Positions 48,019 through 59,009 are shown, numbered from the stretch's first letter. The stretch: DNA of 64,000 nt from Myxococcota bacterium (GCA_036337435.1 JAYZEG010000024.1:32499-96498), one strand, 5' to 3'. Translations and numbers: made by a program. The notes: generated by a model not told the origin, from the letters alone.

Positions 48019-49445
48019 AGCTGGCACTCAACGTAATTTACGCTTACGCCTCGCGATGCAGCAGCAAGCTTAAATTTTTCGAAGTCAGCAGAGCTGTCCT
48101 TAGACGTGTGGATGTCCAACACATAGACGTGGTCCACTGCTTGCTTTAGCGCGTGTCGCATACCATCCCTAAACCCTTGCCTCGAATCGAGGTCAGGTCC
48201 GCTCAATCTATAGGGCAGCTTAATTCGCTCAGTTCGGCAGAAAAGCCTCGCCCGATGGTTCATATCCGTGTGCTTTCTCAGGTCATCGAGGCGCGGCATG
48301 CCTTGTTGCTCGCGATAAATCTCCATGGCATCGCACAGCGCAATTACATCGGTTTCTTGGTTGAGTGCAGCCGCTAGGTCGTACCCGGAATCAATATACG
48401 CATTTGGCGCGTTATCCCATGGCAGGCGATCCCGAAGAAACCGCCCAACGACGGCGAGCACTTCCGCGTTAGATACCTCCGTGAGGTCTGCGGCGACCGG
48501 ATGGGTTAAATCCAGCAGAGCGTTTTCGATACGGTGCACATTCACCGGACCACCACTGGGGCTGAGGTGGTCGACGATGCGATGGTCGAAAGTGATGAGC
48601 CCAATTCGCTCATGCTGATGCTGTGCCAGCAGGCTCTGAGCCATGCTCCGCGCGTAATCAAGCGCACTTTGGCCCCTCGGCCCCCATCTCATCGCTGGCC
48701 CAGTGTTTAACATCAGCATGATTGAGGGTGTGTCGGTTCGTTCGTATTGGCGCACCATTAAGCGCTCAAATTTCGCACTGGCTCGCCAGGCGATGGTTCG
48801 AGCGGAGTCCCCAATTTGATAGGGACGTAATTCTCGGCAATCTCCTTGTGTACCCAGTTCAGACGCTCGGTCACTGTCATTTGGATTCAGCTCACGATGT
48901 CTGCCCGAGCTGATGACAGTGCCAGTTGAATACAGGGGCCTTGGTCTGATGGTTACGCTACAGCGCGTGAAGAGGTCACGTCTGAGTTGGAACATTCGAA
49001 TTGTATCGAGCCAAACCAATTGGATGAGTCTGATGTGCCACTGGCCGGCTTCCGGCATCTCCACAACGATGCTAAATTGCCCCTCAGCACATGGTGGCAC
49101 GGTGATCTGTTTTTTTACTGGTGTGCCGAAACCGTCACAATGAAGAGACAAACCAACAGAGATTGCCGAACGATTTAGCCCTGCAATAACATCGACCGTG
49201 AAGATCTGGCGTCCAGCATCATCGCAGCCGGCCCATTGCAGCGATTTGAGCTGTATCGATTGGAGATCCATGGACTTAACTGTGGACTGTCGATAGGCGA
49301 AAACCAACGAGAGGGTAAACACGCAGGCCAAACTGCTGAGCAGGGGACTGCCCATGATGGCCCCGCCTGCTGCGACAACCATGCTGAAGATGCATGCAGC
49401 CCGTCCCGCTGGTGTCATGTGAATATGAGTTCGGGCATATTTCAT
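48012..49445 (-). CDS. DUF58-family protein
   Basis: ELRPYQIGDSARTIAWRASAK..LMVRQYE; downstream of moxR. Confidence 0.85.
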   Translation of the reverse strand: MKYARTHIHMTPAGRAACIFSMVVAAGGAIMGSPLLSSLACVFTLSLVFAYRQSTVKSMDLQSIQLKSLQWAGCDDAGRQIFTVDVIAGLNRSAISVGLSLHCDGFGTPVKKQITVPPCAEGQFSIVVEMPEAGQWHIRLIQLVWLDTIRMFQLRRDLFTRCSVTIRPRPLYSTGTVISSGRHRELNPNDSDRASELGTQGDCRELRPYQIGDSARTIAWRASAKFERLMVRQYERTDTPSIMLMLNTGPAMRWGPRGQSALDYARSMAQSLLAQHQHERIGLITFDHRIVDHLSPSGGPVNVHRIENALLDLTHPVAADLTEVSNAEVLAVVGRFLRDRLPWDNAPNAYIDSGYDLAAALNQETDVIALCDAMEIYREQQGMPRLDDLRKHTDMNHRARLFCRTERIKLPYRLSGPDLDSRQGFRDGMRHALKQAVDHVYVLDIHTSKDSSADFEKFKLAAASRGVSVNYVECQLQ

Positions 49446-49459
49446 GGTTTTCGAGTCTC

Positions 49460-50401
49460 CTAGACCCTCGACGCGGGCCCGCTAAACTCTACCGAACCAA
49501 GACAGGCGTCCAGCACATCATTGGTTGTATGGCCATTAAACTGGCTCTCTGGTGTCAGAATCAGTCGATGGCTCAGGACAGGTCTAAACATTAATTTGAT
49601 GTCATCTGGAATGACATAATCACGTCCATCGAGAAGGGCATTTGAGCGGCTTGCCTGTAAAAGGCTGACTGCCCCTCTCGGACTGATCCCGAGTCGGGTT
49701 CGAGCGTCATTACGCGTTGCTTGAGCGAGGTCGACCACATATTTAGCAATGGGGGTTGAGACATGTACGTCCATTACTTTAGACCTGATAGCCGCGATCT
49801 GAGCGGCGTCGAGGACGGGTTGCGCTGGCTTTGGCCTTCTACGCCAGGAAGATAACATGGTCACTTCATCTTCGTGAGACGGATAGTCCATTTTGATGCA
49901 GATTAAAAACCGGTCGATCTGAGCCTCTGGTAAAGGGTATACGCCCGCTTGCTCAATGGGATTTCTGGTCGCTATGACGAGAAACGGATCTGGCAAGTCG
50001 AAGGTCCGACCATCGATGGTGACTTGCTGTTCCTGCATTGCCTCAAGGAGTGCAGATTGGGCTTTGGGCGGCGCACGATTGATTTCGTCGCCTAAGACAA
50101 TTTGAGAGAATATCGGTCCTTTCTGAATTTCGAACTGGCGGTTCTGCATGTTGAAGATGTGCGTACCCGTGACATCTGATGGCAGTAGATCTTGCGTGAA
50201 TTGTACTCGGCTGAACTGACAACCCAAACAGTCACTGAAGCGCCGAGCTACCGTTGTTTTAGCGACACCAGGAACGCCTTCTAACAGGACATGGCCAGCG
50301 GAAAACAGGGAGACCAAAAGTAAATCAGTGATGGCTTGGGGGCCAACGAATCCTCTTGCCATCTCCTCGTATATACGTTGCCGAATCTCGGTAACAGTCA
50401 T
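49460..50401 (-). CDS. MoxR-family AAA+ ATPase
   Basis: HVLLEGVPGVAKT, DLLPSDVTG, DEINRAPPKAQSALLEAMQE, YPLPEAQIDRF. Confidence 0.95.
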   Translation of the reverse strand: MTVTEIRQRIYEEMARGFVGPQAITDLLLVSLFSAGHVLLEGVPGVAKTTVARRFSDCLGCQFSRVQFTQDLLPSDVTGTHIFNMQNRQFEIQKGPIFSQIVLGDEINRAPPKAQSALLEAMQEQQVTIDGRTFDLPDPFLVIATRNPIEQAGVYPLPEAQIDRFLICIKMDYPSHEDEVTMLSSWRRRPKPAQPVLDAAQIAAIRSKVMDVHVSTPIAKYVVDLAQATRNDARTRLGISPRGAVSLLQASRSNALLDGRDYVIPDDIKLMFRPVLSHRLILTPESQFNGHTTNDVLDACLGSVEFSGPASRV

Positions 50402-51312
50402 GTTTCACTCCCTTCTCCTGATAGGGGCGTCTGATGCCCAGCCGCCGGTGCTGACTGCTCTGGCCGCTGGATAATATAAATCTGCTCGCCCGGTTTTGAC
50501 ATCAGACTTGTCATCCGAGTCAGCGTTAGCATGACCAGTACGATTCCGGCTAGTGCCGCGAAGCATATCAGTATGATCCGGCCGATGTGCTTTGAAAATC
50601 TTGTGCTCGCTTTGAACGATTGACGCGGTACATCCCATTTTGTTTTCGGGCCGAAGAGGAATCCAATTCGCCCCTCTGTTTTTGTCCACTGGAGGACGCG
50701 CCTCATCAAGTGAACATTTGATGTCACCTCGAGCATTTGGTTAATGAAAAGACTCGAATCGCTCATGGCGATCAGGCGACCCTGACCAAAACTCAGCTTA
50801 AACACGATGCCCTCGCCATCTTTCGTGACAATGGCTGGTTCAAACCCGTCTGCACTGATGAGCTTCCGTGGGTGGTTCGCCAGTAAAAAACCTGTTGTCT
50901 TGTGCTGCTCAAAGAAAGGCGTGTTGATTCGGAGTCGTATGATCGGTCCGTGTTCAAAGGTCGGCGATGTCGACTCGGTTAGACTCAGACCAAATGCGTC
51001 GAAGCAGGCTCTCGCTTTTGGGTGCTCAGCCACCAGAACCAATCGACCGCCTCCCTCGACATACCCCTGTAATTTTGCCCTGTCCGAGTCTGAGCAAACC
51101 GGGTCCAGCAGAATGAGGCTCGTTTGCGATGGCTCAGATGCGCGGACCTGTTCAAGGGGTGCCATGGACAGAATCGATTGTTCTTTCGCTTCGTTGATGA
51201 ATTTTGAAAATGTATTCCAGCGATGAGTTTGTGAGTGAGTCATCCCTGTGATCCCGATCGTCCACAGAGCGATGAAAAACAGCGTGGCTAAAGTTCGCCG
51301 ATCGAACATCAT
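50398..51312 (-). CDS. DUF4350-like membrane-anchored protein
   Basis: YVEGGGRLVLV, GQGRLIAMSDSSLFINQML; upstream of moxR. Confidence 0.7.
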   Translation of the reverse strand: MMFDRRTLATLFFIALWTIGITGMTHSQTHRWNTFSKFINEAKEQSILSMAPLEQVRASEPSQTSLILLDPVCSDSDRAKLQGYVEGGGRLVLVAEHPKARACFDAFGLSLTESTSPTFEHGPIIRLRINTPFFEQHKTTGFLLANHPRKLISADGFEPAIVTKDGEGIVFKLSFGQGRLIAMSDSSLFINQMLEVTSNVHLMRRVLQWTKTEGRIGFLFGPKTKWDVPRQSFKASTRFSKHIGRIILICFAALAGIVLVMLTLTRMTSLMSKPGEQIYIIQRPEQSAPAAGHQTPLSGEGSET

Positions 51313-52919
51313 ATGCCCCTTGCTTCCGTATCGGTGAGGCCTCTTACGACTTGATGGTATGAACCGACCTGAGTGAGCGTTGGACTCGCTGACCCAAAAC
51401 ATAGGAATTCTGTCTCGTCGGCCAAGTGCTGAATCCGCCCTGGGTCAAAACCACGTTTGATTAATTTGGGCGTTGCTTCGCGTATCGTATCAACACCGAA
51501 TTTTATGATTGGAATCCCTGCAGCTGCGAGAACATCCATGAATCCGATTTGAACTGATGCCCGATGTGTCCATAAACGAACTCGTAGTGACGAGCCTGGT
51601 TTTGTCACATGGACGAGTTCAGGTACGAATCCATCGCTTTCCACAAGCAGGTGCTCACAACCTGGTTGCAGTGCAATTTGGCCATCCGCTCCCGTGACTT
51701 GGCTATCGGAATTAAACGTTGGGGAGAACACGTCAGTCCGAGTGGCCATAGAGTGTGTCAAAGCTGTTATTTTGGCTACGAGTGCCTTGCCGGTCGATGC
51801 ACAACGGACATAGATAAGCGGGGTTGAAGCGGGTCCCGTTTGCTCGACAAATTCAACGTTTGTCTCCAGGGTTGGTATCGTTTCTATGATCAGAGGCGTC
51901 CCGGATTGCTGAGCCCTGCGTCGACGAATGTAGACTGCAAGCATGAGTGCAAGACAGAAAATCAAAGACCACCTGAGAGTCGTATCCATCGCGATGCTAG
52001 ACGGTTTCTTGTAATGGAATGGGTCGCTTGTAAAATCGACCCAACCCGGATGGCTTGAACGCGCAATGACTCGAAATTCGCCTCTATCTTTAAGCAAACT
52101 CTCCACGGGAATCTCAAAGACGATACGCCCGTTCTGGACGGACGCTTGGGCGATTGCACGCTCATCGGTTCGCAGAGAAATTGCTGTGTCAGCTGGAAAG
52201 GAACCTCGCATTTGCACAGACACACTTAGGTGTGGTGTATCTCGGATCACGCGTTCTCTCAACTTGATGGTTGCATCTAACTTCGCTGAAACGACGAGCT
52301 GGCCGGTGGCATTCGCAACGCGTTTATTCTCGTCCATGAGGTCAACTGTGAGCTGATGCAGGCCGACGGGTAAGGATTTTAATCGCCATGAACAACGACC
52401 TTTTGCGTCGGTTCGACAGCGTCCAATCTGCCGGTCGGCCAGGTAGAGCATCACCCTATGCTCCGCGCTGGGTGACTCGTTATCGTCAATGGCAAGGACC
52501 CCAATCTTGATTTCGGTGCCAAAATTTACCTCTTTCGGATGGCTGAGTTGAATCCGTGTTGGCCGATGTATTTTTGGCACAGTGATCCGTTTTTGGCAGC
52601 CGGAGATGAATTCTGCTCCGTGAAAAATTAAATTCGCTGAGGACGGTGGGTCACTGCCTGCTTGAAGCAAAAATTCAAAGTGACCATTTTGATTTGTCCT
52701 GCTTGTTCTCATGAGTCGTTTTGCTCGAAGGTCCACCCGTTTATCAATGATGGGGTCACCGCTGTCGTCGAGTAGCCGCCCGCTGAAATGCAATGCCCCG
52801 TCTTGGTAGTCGGACTTTAGCTCCGCAAATTGGCTGGTTCCGCGGACCACGACAGCTGGGTTTGCAAGCGTGACGATTGGAGACGCAAAAAGAACCAGAA
52901 CTGATAAAAACTGTGGCAT
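51309..52919 (-). CDS. Hypothetical exported protein with Ig/carboxypeptidase-regulatory-like repeats and one TM
   Basis: Signal peptide, SGRLLDDSGDPI, TNQNGHF and TDAKGRC turns; first gene of the MoxR module. Confidence 0.6.
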   Translation of the reverse strand: MPQFLSVLVLFASPIVTLANPAVVVRGTSQFAELKSDYQDGALHFSGRLLDDSGDPIIDKRVDLRAKRLMRTSRTNQNGHFEFLLQAGSDPPSSANLIFHGAEFISGCQKRITVPKIHRPTRIQLSHPKEVNFGTEIKIGVLAIDDNESPSAEHRVMLYLADRQIGRCRTDAKGRCSWRLKSLPVGLHQLTVDLMDENKRVANATGQLVVSAKLDATIKLRERVIRDTPHLSVSVQMRGSFPADTAISLRTDERAIAQASVQNGRIVFEIPVESLLKDRGEFRVIARSSHPGWVDFTSDPFHYKKPSSIAMDTTLRWSLIFCLALMLAVYIRRRRAQQSGTPLIIETIPTLETNVEFVEQTGPASTPLIYVRCASTGKALVAKITALTHSMATRTDVFSPTFNSDSQVTGADGQIALQPGCEHLLVESDGFVPELVHVTKPGSSLRVRLWTHRASVQIGFMDVLAAAGIPIIKFGVDTIREATPKLIKRGFDPGRIQHLADETEFLCFGSASPTLTQVGSYHQVVRGLTDTEARGI

Positions 52920-53007
52920 AATTGGAAACCTACGATGAAGCTGGGTCAGCCTGCAACGACGACGCGTCGACAAAATGAGCTGTAACTCAATATTCTGGGG
53001 ACCGCTT

Positions 53008-53817
53008 ATGGTGACGGGGAATCGGTTGGACAGCAAAATCTGGTCGGCATTGGCGATTTGGTTCGGAGCCTACGGGGTACTTCTGATTTTATCCCGTCAC
53101 TGGCCCTTCCCCGGAGAAGCTCTGTTCGCCTTTTCCATCAGCTTTGTCCTGCTGTCTTTTTGCGTCGTCATCTCGGCCGCATGTGCCTCTGGCGTTGTCG
53201 AACACGCTGGTCGACTACCGCCTTGGCATGCGCTTGTCCCACTGGGTTTTATAGGCTTAGGCACCGGTGTTCCCTTGCCGCCAGATTGGGTCTATCCTTG
53301 GTATGGATTTTCGCTTCTTTGGCTCGCATCGGTTTTGGGGGCTCGACTTGGGAGTGAAATACAAATTTCATCCCACGTATGGCCATTGATTTTGGTCGCG
53401 TGCGCATTCGACTACTGGAGTGTTATGGCACCCGCTGGTTTGACCCATGCAATGGTCGAAGAACCGCGGCTTGTGTCCTCCATCAACCCATTGATTCTTG
53501 TGTTTCCAATTCCGCTTGCAGGGCCACAACCCATTCTTGGCGTTGGCGATGTGGTCTTTGCGGGCTTCTGCATGGGCATTGTCAAAAAACTAGCGTTGAA
53601 TGCGACACGGGCATGTGTGGGTTTGGTCGCGGGGTTGCTCGTCTGTCTTGGACTCTTATTGACCATGCAGATTCCACTCCCCGCCTTGCTGTGCATCGGG
53701 CCTGCATTTGGGCTCTCTTTTGGCGGTGTCTTCAAACCCAGGTTCAAAGACTTGCTGGGCGCGCTCGTCTTTGTCGCAGTGGGTCTGTTTGTCTTGACGG
53801 CCCTCCGTTCAGCCTGA
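53008..53817 (+). CDS. Putative presenilin/SPP-like GxGD intramembrane aspartyl protease
   Basis: About nine hydrophobic segments with AFDYWSV, LGVGDVVF and LPAL motifs in the family order; start could be 52975. Confidence 0.6.
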   Translation: MVTGNRLDSKIWSALAIWFGAYGVLLILSRHWPFPGEALFAFSISFVLLSFCVVISAACASGVVEHAGRLPPWHALVPLGFIGLGTGVPLPPDWVYPWYGFSLLWLASVLGARLGSEIQISSHVWPLILVACAFDYWSVMAPAGLTHAMVEEPRLVSSINPLILVFPIPLAGPQPILGVGDVVFAGFCMGIVKKLALNATRACVGLVAGLLVCLGLLLTMQIPLPALLCIGPAFGLSFGGVFKPRFKDLLGALVFVAVGLFVLTALRSA

Positions 53818-53941
53818 CAATCACCGGGCCGTCCTGGTTTTCGGATATTGTATTTGGTCTTTGGCTTCCAGTTAAAATTGGGCCTTTGCGACGCCAAAGT
53901 ATTCCGTTGTTATCATGAGGGTGTTAAAAGCCCACCAACTC

Positions 53942-56900
53942 ATGAAATTAAAACGCCTCGATATTCACGGCTTCAAGTCGTTCTACCACCGTACAACCGT
54001 CGTTTTTGACGAAGGAATTACCGGTATTGTGGGACCAAATGGGTGCGGGAAATCGAACATCGTCGATGCCCTGAAGTGGGTGATGGGTGAACAGGGGGCT
54101 AAATCCCTTCGCGGTGCCTCCATGGAAGATGTGATCTTCAATGGCAGTGGTCAGCGGGGACCCATGGGGCTTTGTGAGGTGAGTCTCACCTTCCACAACG
54201 ATGGAAAATCGGAAGTTCCGCAAAGATGGCGAGACGTCCCAGAAATCGCCATCAGACGTCGCTTAGAACGGAGTAAAGGGTCTGATTACTCAGTCAACCA
54301 GCAGAGATGTCGGCTGGCTGATGTTCAAGACCTTTTATCCGGGACAGGAGTCGCATCGGGCCCCGGCGGACGGCGTGCGTATGCCATCATAGAACAGGGG
54401 CAAATCAGCAAGATCGTCAGTGCCAAAGCAGATGAGCGTCGGCTGCTCATTGAAGAGGCGGCCGGGATCAGCCGTTATCGCCAGAGACGGCAACTCGCCG
54501 AGCGCAAAATGTTGTCCACTGAGCAGAACCTTGAACGAGTCGACGATATCGTTGCAGAAGTTGAACGGCAAATGCGAAGTTTGAGACGTCAGGCCAAGAA
54601 AGCTGAGCGATTTCGTGAGTATCGCGATGAGGCACGGCAGATCGCTGTGTTGGTTTCGTTATTTGATTATCTTGAGTTGAAACGGGCGATTGAAGAACAG
54701 AACAGTCAGGTTGAGAGCCTTCTCAATGCCGAAAAAGATACAATCGTTGCCGTACAGACTGCCGAAGCAAACCGGTTGGCGGTGCAAACGCAGGAACGCG
54801 ACACTGCTCTTAAAGTCAGCGGTACTTCGGAACGTTTGCGACGTATAGAAGAGACCGTCCTCGTTGCCAGGGAACGAATTGCAGGCTATGCCCGAGAGCG
54901 CGACATGCTTCATGCCCAATTGGACCAAGCTCAGCGAGACTTGGCTGCTGGGGAGGGCCGTCGAAGTGAATTGGAACTTGAATTGGAAGAGACCGCGGCG
55001 CGTTGCGGTCAACTCGAGGTCGAAGCTGACGAATTTAAATCGCTGGTTGCACAGCGTGTTGACGCTCACAAAAGCGCAGCGCGACGCGTGATCGAAGCTC
55101 GGGCTGACTTAGAGGGATACGTTCGCAAAGAGGCCCAGGAAATTCAGGTCATCGCCCGTGCGCGAGCCGACTTGGAAATGGGTGTTCGCATGCAGCGTGA
55201 GCTGGCGGTAAGACGGGAACGTCTGGCACAGCAAAACCAAGGTCAGCGCCAACGCCTCGCGGGTCACATGGAGACGGTGAGTGAATGCGAAGCGCGGTTG
55301 AAAAACGCCCGAGACGCCGAGAAAACAGCTGAGGCTCAACTACAAGCCGCCTCAGCCACAGCTCAAAAATGTAGGGACGCCCTCGACGAGGGCGTTGAAA
55401 AAGAGCGTGATTTGCGTGATCAACTCGTCACGAAAACATCCCGTCACGATAGCTTACTCGAGTTAGAGCGTCGGCGTGATGACTTGAGTGAAGGCTGCAA
55501 AAGCGTCCTCGACGCTGGACTCGAGGAATGCTTAGGGCCAATTTCAGGTTTGTGGGATGTGCCTCAAGAGTACGAAGCCGCGACTCAGTCTGCGCTGAGC
55601 ATCAACATGGATGCAGTCGTCATGGGCTCACAAACGGCTAAGCGAGCAGCCATCTCTTTTGCCAGTGAGATGAAGACGCCTAAAGTATTACTGGCACAGC
55701 TCGAAACGAACGCCTTCAGCAGGACAACTCAGATTCCAAAGGGGGCTTCGGTCGTCGGTTACTTGGTCGACCTCATCAACCCAGAAAAGGGTCGAGATTT
55801 GCTCGCGTACTGCATTTCCGACGCCTTGCTTGTTGAGTCCGTTGAAGATGCATTAGACGTATTGGAAAAGGGTTTTTCTGGCTCGGTTGTAACACTCGGC
55901 GGCGACCGGTTTTTAGCCGATGCTATCGCTTGTGTGGGTCGCTCAGGAGACGATGTAGGCCCGATTCAAAGGCGACGTGAGATCAAGCAGCTGGCCGGTG
56001 AAATTGAGGCGCTGAAAACGGCGTATGATGCTTTGAAGACAGCACTCGATGAGGCAAGGCAGACTGTGGAAACCTCTCGGCGAGCCCTCGATGATGCGAG
56101 AGCTCAGGCTCGGACAACAGCCATCGTCAGAGCAGAGCAGCAGAAAGAGTTTGAACAGCTAGAGAGACAGCGGATCCTGTTGGCCCAGGCAAGCGAGCGT
56201 TTTGAGTTGGATATGGCAGAGATCGAGCGCCAGCTGGAGACCAATCAGCTTTTGGAACAGGACGCCAAAGGACGTTTGCGAGACGCCGAGTCTAATCGTG
56301 GAGACCATCAGCGTACGATTCGTGATGCAGAAGAAGTGGTTGCTCAGAGAGAGCAAATTCGTGACCAGGCTTTGGGTGACATGCATGATGCAAAGGCCCG
56401 TGCAAATACCGTGGGCGAGCGTTTGATTGGAATGCGAACCCTAGTCTCTCGCCTGGAACGTCAAATCAGTGAGATTCAGGTACGGCGCGAGCGCGTCGTC
56501 TCGGTTGGGGGCGATGTTGAAAGACGGCTTGCCGAACTCCAACTGCTTGTGGACGCTGACAAGACTCAATGTGCATTGGATGAAGAGAGTGCAGCTCAGC
56601 TTGCGAGCGAGTTAGCCGGCATAAAGGCGGAGCATGAAACGCTCCGCGAGAAGGTGTTAGAGGTTGACGAATCCCTCGAGAACACGCGTGGCAAGCGGGA
56701 CCAGCTCCGGACGCGGCTTGCCGATGGTAAGCTCGAGTTAGAATCAATAAAGCTGCGGGCCGACAATATTGCGTTAAGGATGAAAGAACGCTACCAGGTC
56801 GAACTCGCCTCGGCGGTGGAAAATATGGAGGGCCTTGAACGACCGGGTCCCGAGTCTGTTGTTCGACTGGAAGAATTAGAAATGCTTCTTGAGAAAATGG

Positions 56901-57490
56901 GCGATGTGAACGTCAGTGCCATCGATGAATTTGAAGCTGTCGCTGAAAGATTTGAGTTCTTGACGACGCAGCGGGATGACCTTTTGAGTGCCTTGGGCGA
57001 CTTGGAGGCTGCCATTAAGGAGATCGATCAGACGACGAAAGCTCTTTTTGTGGAAACTTTTGAAGCCGTTCGAGGCCACTTTCGTGACCTGTTTCCGCGG
57101 TTGTTTCGTGGTGGCGAGGCGGACTTAGAATTGACTCACCCCGACGATTTATTGGCCACAGGCATCAATATGAATGTCAGCCCGCCGGGCAAGAAAATTC
57201 AATCGGTGGAACTGCTGAGTGGTGGTGAGAAAGCCATGTGCGCAATCGCACTTATTTTTGCTGTTTTTCGACATCGACCAAGTCCATTCTGTCTTTTGGA
57301 TGAAGTCGATGCCCCCCTCGATGATGCGAACATCGGTCGGTTCAATGATGTCGTGCGGGAGATTGCGCAGAGAAGTCAGGTCATACTTGTGACCCATAAC
57401 AAGCGCACAATGGAAATTGCCGACTCGCTGTATGGCGTCACAATGGAAGAATCCGGCGTGAGTAAGCTCGTCGGCGTCCGGATGTCATGA
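53942..57490 (+). CDS. smc: Chromosome segregation protein SMC
   Basis: GFKSF, GPNGCGKSN, coiled coils with hinge, LSGGEK, LDEVDAPLD. Confidence 0.97.
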   Translation: MKLKRLDIHGFKSFYHRTTVVFDEGITGIVGPNGCGKSNIVDALKWVMGEQGAKSLRGASMEDVIFNGSGQRGPMGLCEVSLTFHNDGKSEVPQRWRDVPEIAIRRRLERSKGSDYSVNQQRCRLADVQDLLSGTGVASGPGGRRAYAIIEQGQISKIVSAKADERRLLIEEAAGISRYRQRRQLAERKMLSTEQNLERVDDIVAEVERQMRSLRRQAKKAERFREYRDEARQIAVLVSLFDYLELKRAIEEQNSQVESLLNAEKDTIVAVQTAEANRLAVQTQERDTALKVSGTSERLRRIEETVLVARERIAGYARERDMLHAQLDQAQRDLAAGEGRRSELELELEETAARCGQLEVEADEFKSLVAQRVDAHKSAARRVIEARADLEGYVRKEAQEIQVIARARADLEMGVRMQRELAVRRERLAQQNQGQRQRLAGHMETVSECEARLKNARDAEKTAEAQLQAASATAQKCRDALDEGVEKERDLRDQLVTKTSRHDSLLELERRRDDLSEGCKSVLDAGLEECLGPISGLWDVPQEYEAATQSALSINMDAVVMGSQTAKRAAISFASEMKTPKVLLAQLETNAFSRTTQIPKGASVVGYLVDLINPEKGRDLLAYCISDALLVESVEDALDVLEKGFSGSVVTLGGDRFLADAIACVGRSGDDVGPIQRRREIKQLAGEIEALKTAYDALKTALDEARQTVETSRRALDDARAQARTTAIVRAEQQKEFEQLERQRILLAQASERFELDMAEIERQLETNQLLEQDAKGRLRDAESNRGDHQRTIRDAEEVVAQREQIRDQALGDMHDAKARANTVGERLIGMRTLVSRLERQISEIQVRRERVVSVGGDVERRLAELQLLVDADKTQCALDEESAAQLASELAGIKAEHETLREKVLEVDESLENTRGKRDQLRTRLADGKLELESIKLRADNIALRMKERYQVELASAVENMEGLERPGPESVVRLEELEMLLEKMGDVNVSAIDEFEAVAERFEFLTTQRDDLLSALGDLEAAIKEIDQTTKALFVETFEAVRGHFRDLFPRLFRGGEADLELTHPDDLLATGINMNVSPPGKKIQSVELLSGGEKAMCAIALIFAVFRHRPSPFCLLDEVDAPLDDANIGRFNDVVREIAQRSQVILVTHNKRTMEIADSLYGVTMEESGVSKLVGVRMS

Positions 57491-57503
57491 TAGGAATAAC
57501 TGG

Positions 57504-58838
57504 ATGAATATTTCTGCTATTTTCGCCCTGCAAATCGCTCCGCTTTTTGCACAGGCTGACGACGCCCCAGCCGACCCCATGGTCCAGTATATTATTTTTG
57601 GTGTAATTGGACTTTTCGTCCTTGTTCTTCTGATCAAAGGCTTGTCGTCGAAACCTGACTTTGATGCGTCTCAGAACATTAGCCGTCCAGACGACGAGCA
57701 AACTGCTCGGTCAGCGTCAGAAATTGAAGCAGAGGCACGTCGGGTATTCGAAATTCCCCATGTCGCAGTGGACGATGAAGGCGATGTGTCTCGAACCAAA
57801 ATTCGCATTAAGCGCATGGAAGAAGAGCGGCGTAGCACCGTAGACGATGCTGAAACGCAGCATCAAACAGTGGATGAGCCTGAGCCCGCAAAGTCTATTG
57901 AGACAAATCTAAATCTTGAAGAGAGCGGCAAGACCTTAAGTCAAGGACTGGCGCGGACCAAAGCGGGCTTCGTATCTCGTCTCAGTCAACTCTTTAAGAA
58001 AAATAAAACCATCGATGATGACCTCATTGGCGACTTAGAAGAAGCCCTTTTTACCGCTGATATCGGTGTTCGAACAAGTCAGCGTTTGGTGGATGTCGTC
58101 AATGCGAAGTTGAGTGCGGGGCAGTTGAAAGACAGCCAGCAGGTATGGGACCAAAGTAAGGATGAGATTCGCGACATATTGAGCTTCGAGTCAAAACCAT
58201 TGGACCTTGATGCACATAAGCCATACGTCATTATGGTCGTAGGCGTGAACGGGGCCGGTAAAACGACAACGATTGGAAAATTGGCCAGTCTGTATCGCCG
58301 CGAGGGCAAGACTGTGTTGTTGGCAGCTGGGGACACATTTAGAGCGGCAGCCGTTGAACAGCTTGAGGTTTGGGGCAAACGAGCGGACGTGCCGGTTGTT
58401 CGTGGTCGAGAAAAACAGGACCCGTCAAGCGTCATTTTTGATGCGTGTCAGCGAGCCAAAGATGAAGGGTTTGACATCATTATTGCGGATACGGCAGGTC
58501 GGCTCCAAGCCAAAAAAGAGTTGATGGAAGAGTTGGCCAAAGTGCAGCGTGTGATTGACAAAGCGCTGCCTGGTGCACCTCATTCGGCGTGGCTCGTTTT
58601 GGATGCGACTGTGGGTCAAAATGCCATTAGTCAAGCGAAGGAATTCAGTCAAACTGTTGATTTGACCGGTGTTGTATTGACCAAACTCGATGGCACGGCG
58701 AAGGGTGGGGTGGTCATTGGCATCTGTGATGAAATGCAGTTTCCTGTTCGTTATATCGGCATCGGAGAACAGATCGAAGATTTGCGCCCATTCGACCCTG
58801 TAGCATTCGCGGATACTTTGTTTGCTGAATCGGTTTGA
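57504..58838 (+). CDS. ftsY: SRP receptor FtsY with N-terminal TM segment
   Basis: GVNGAGKTTTIGKL, DTFRAAA, DTAGRLQ, TKLDGTAKGG. Confidence 0.96.
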   Translation: MNISAIFALQIAPLFAQADDAPADPMVQYIIFGVIGLFVLVLLIKGLSSKPDFDASQNISRPDDEQTARSASEIEAEARRVFEIPHVAVDDEGDVSRTKIRIKRMEEERRSTVDDAETQHQTVDEPEPAKSIETNLNLEESGKTLSQGLARTKAGFVSRLSQLFKKNKTIDDDLIGDLEEALFTADIGVRTSQRLVDVVNAKLSAGQLKDSQQVWDQSKDEIRDILSFESKPLDLDAHKPYVIMVVGVNGAGKTTTIGKLASLYRREGKTVLLAAGDTFRAAAVEQLEVWGKRADVPVVRGREKQDPSSVIFDACQRAKDEGFDIIIADTAGRLQAKKELMEELAKVQRVIDKALPGAPHSAWLVLDATVGQNAISQAKEFSQTVDLTGVVLTKLDGTAKGGVVIGICDEMQFPVRYIGIGEQIEDLRPFDPVAFADTLFAESV

Positions 58839-59009
58839 ACGAGAAGAATTGTTGAGCTTTCCCACGACCGATTGGTCTATGGCTGACATTCGGATTTGGT
58901 GAAGACAGCTCGGCAAAGCTTCATCATTCTTCCGACTCGACCTATTGTCCTTGCGGGTCGAAAGATGGTACTCCTTCTGTCATTGGAATCCCCTTGGGTG
59001 TCTTCGCGC

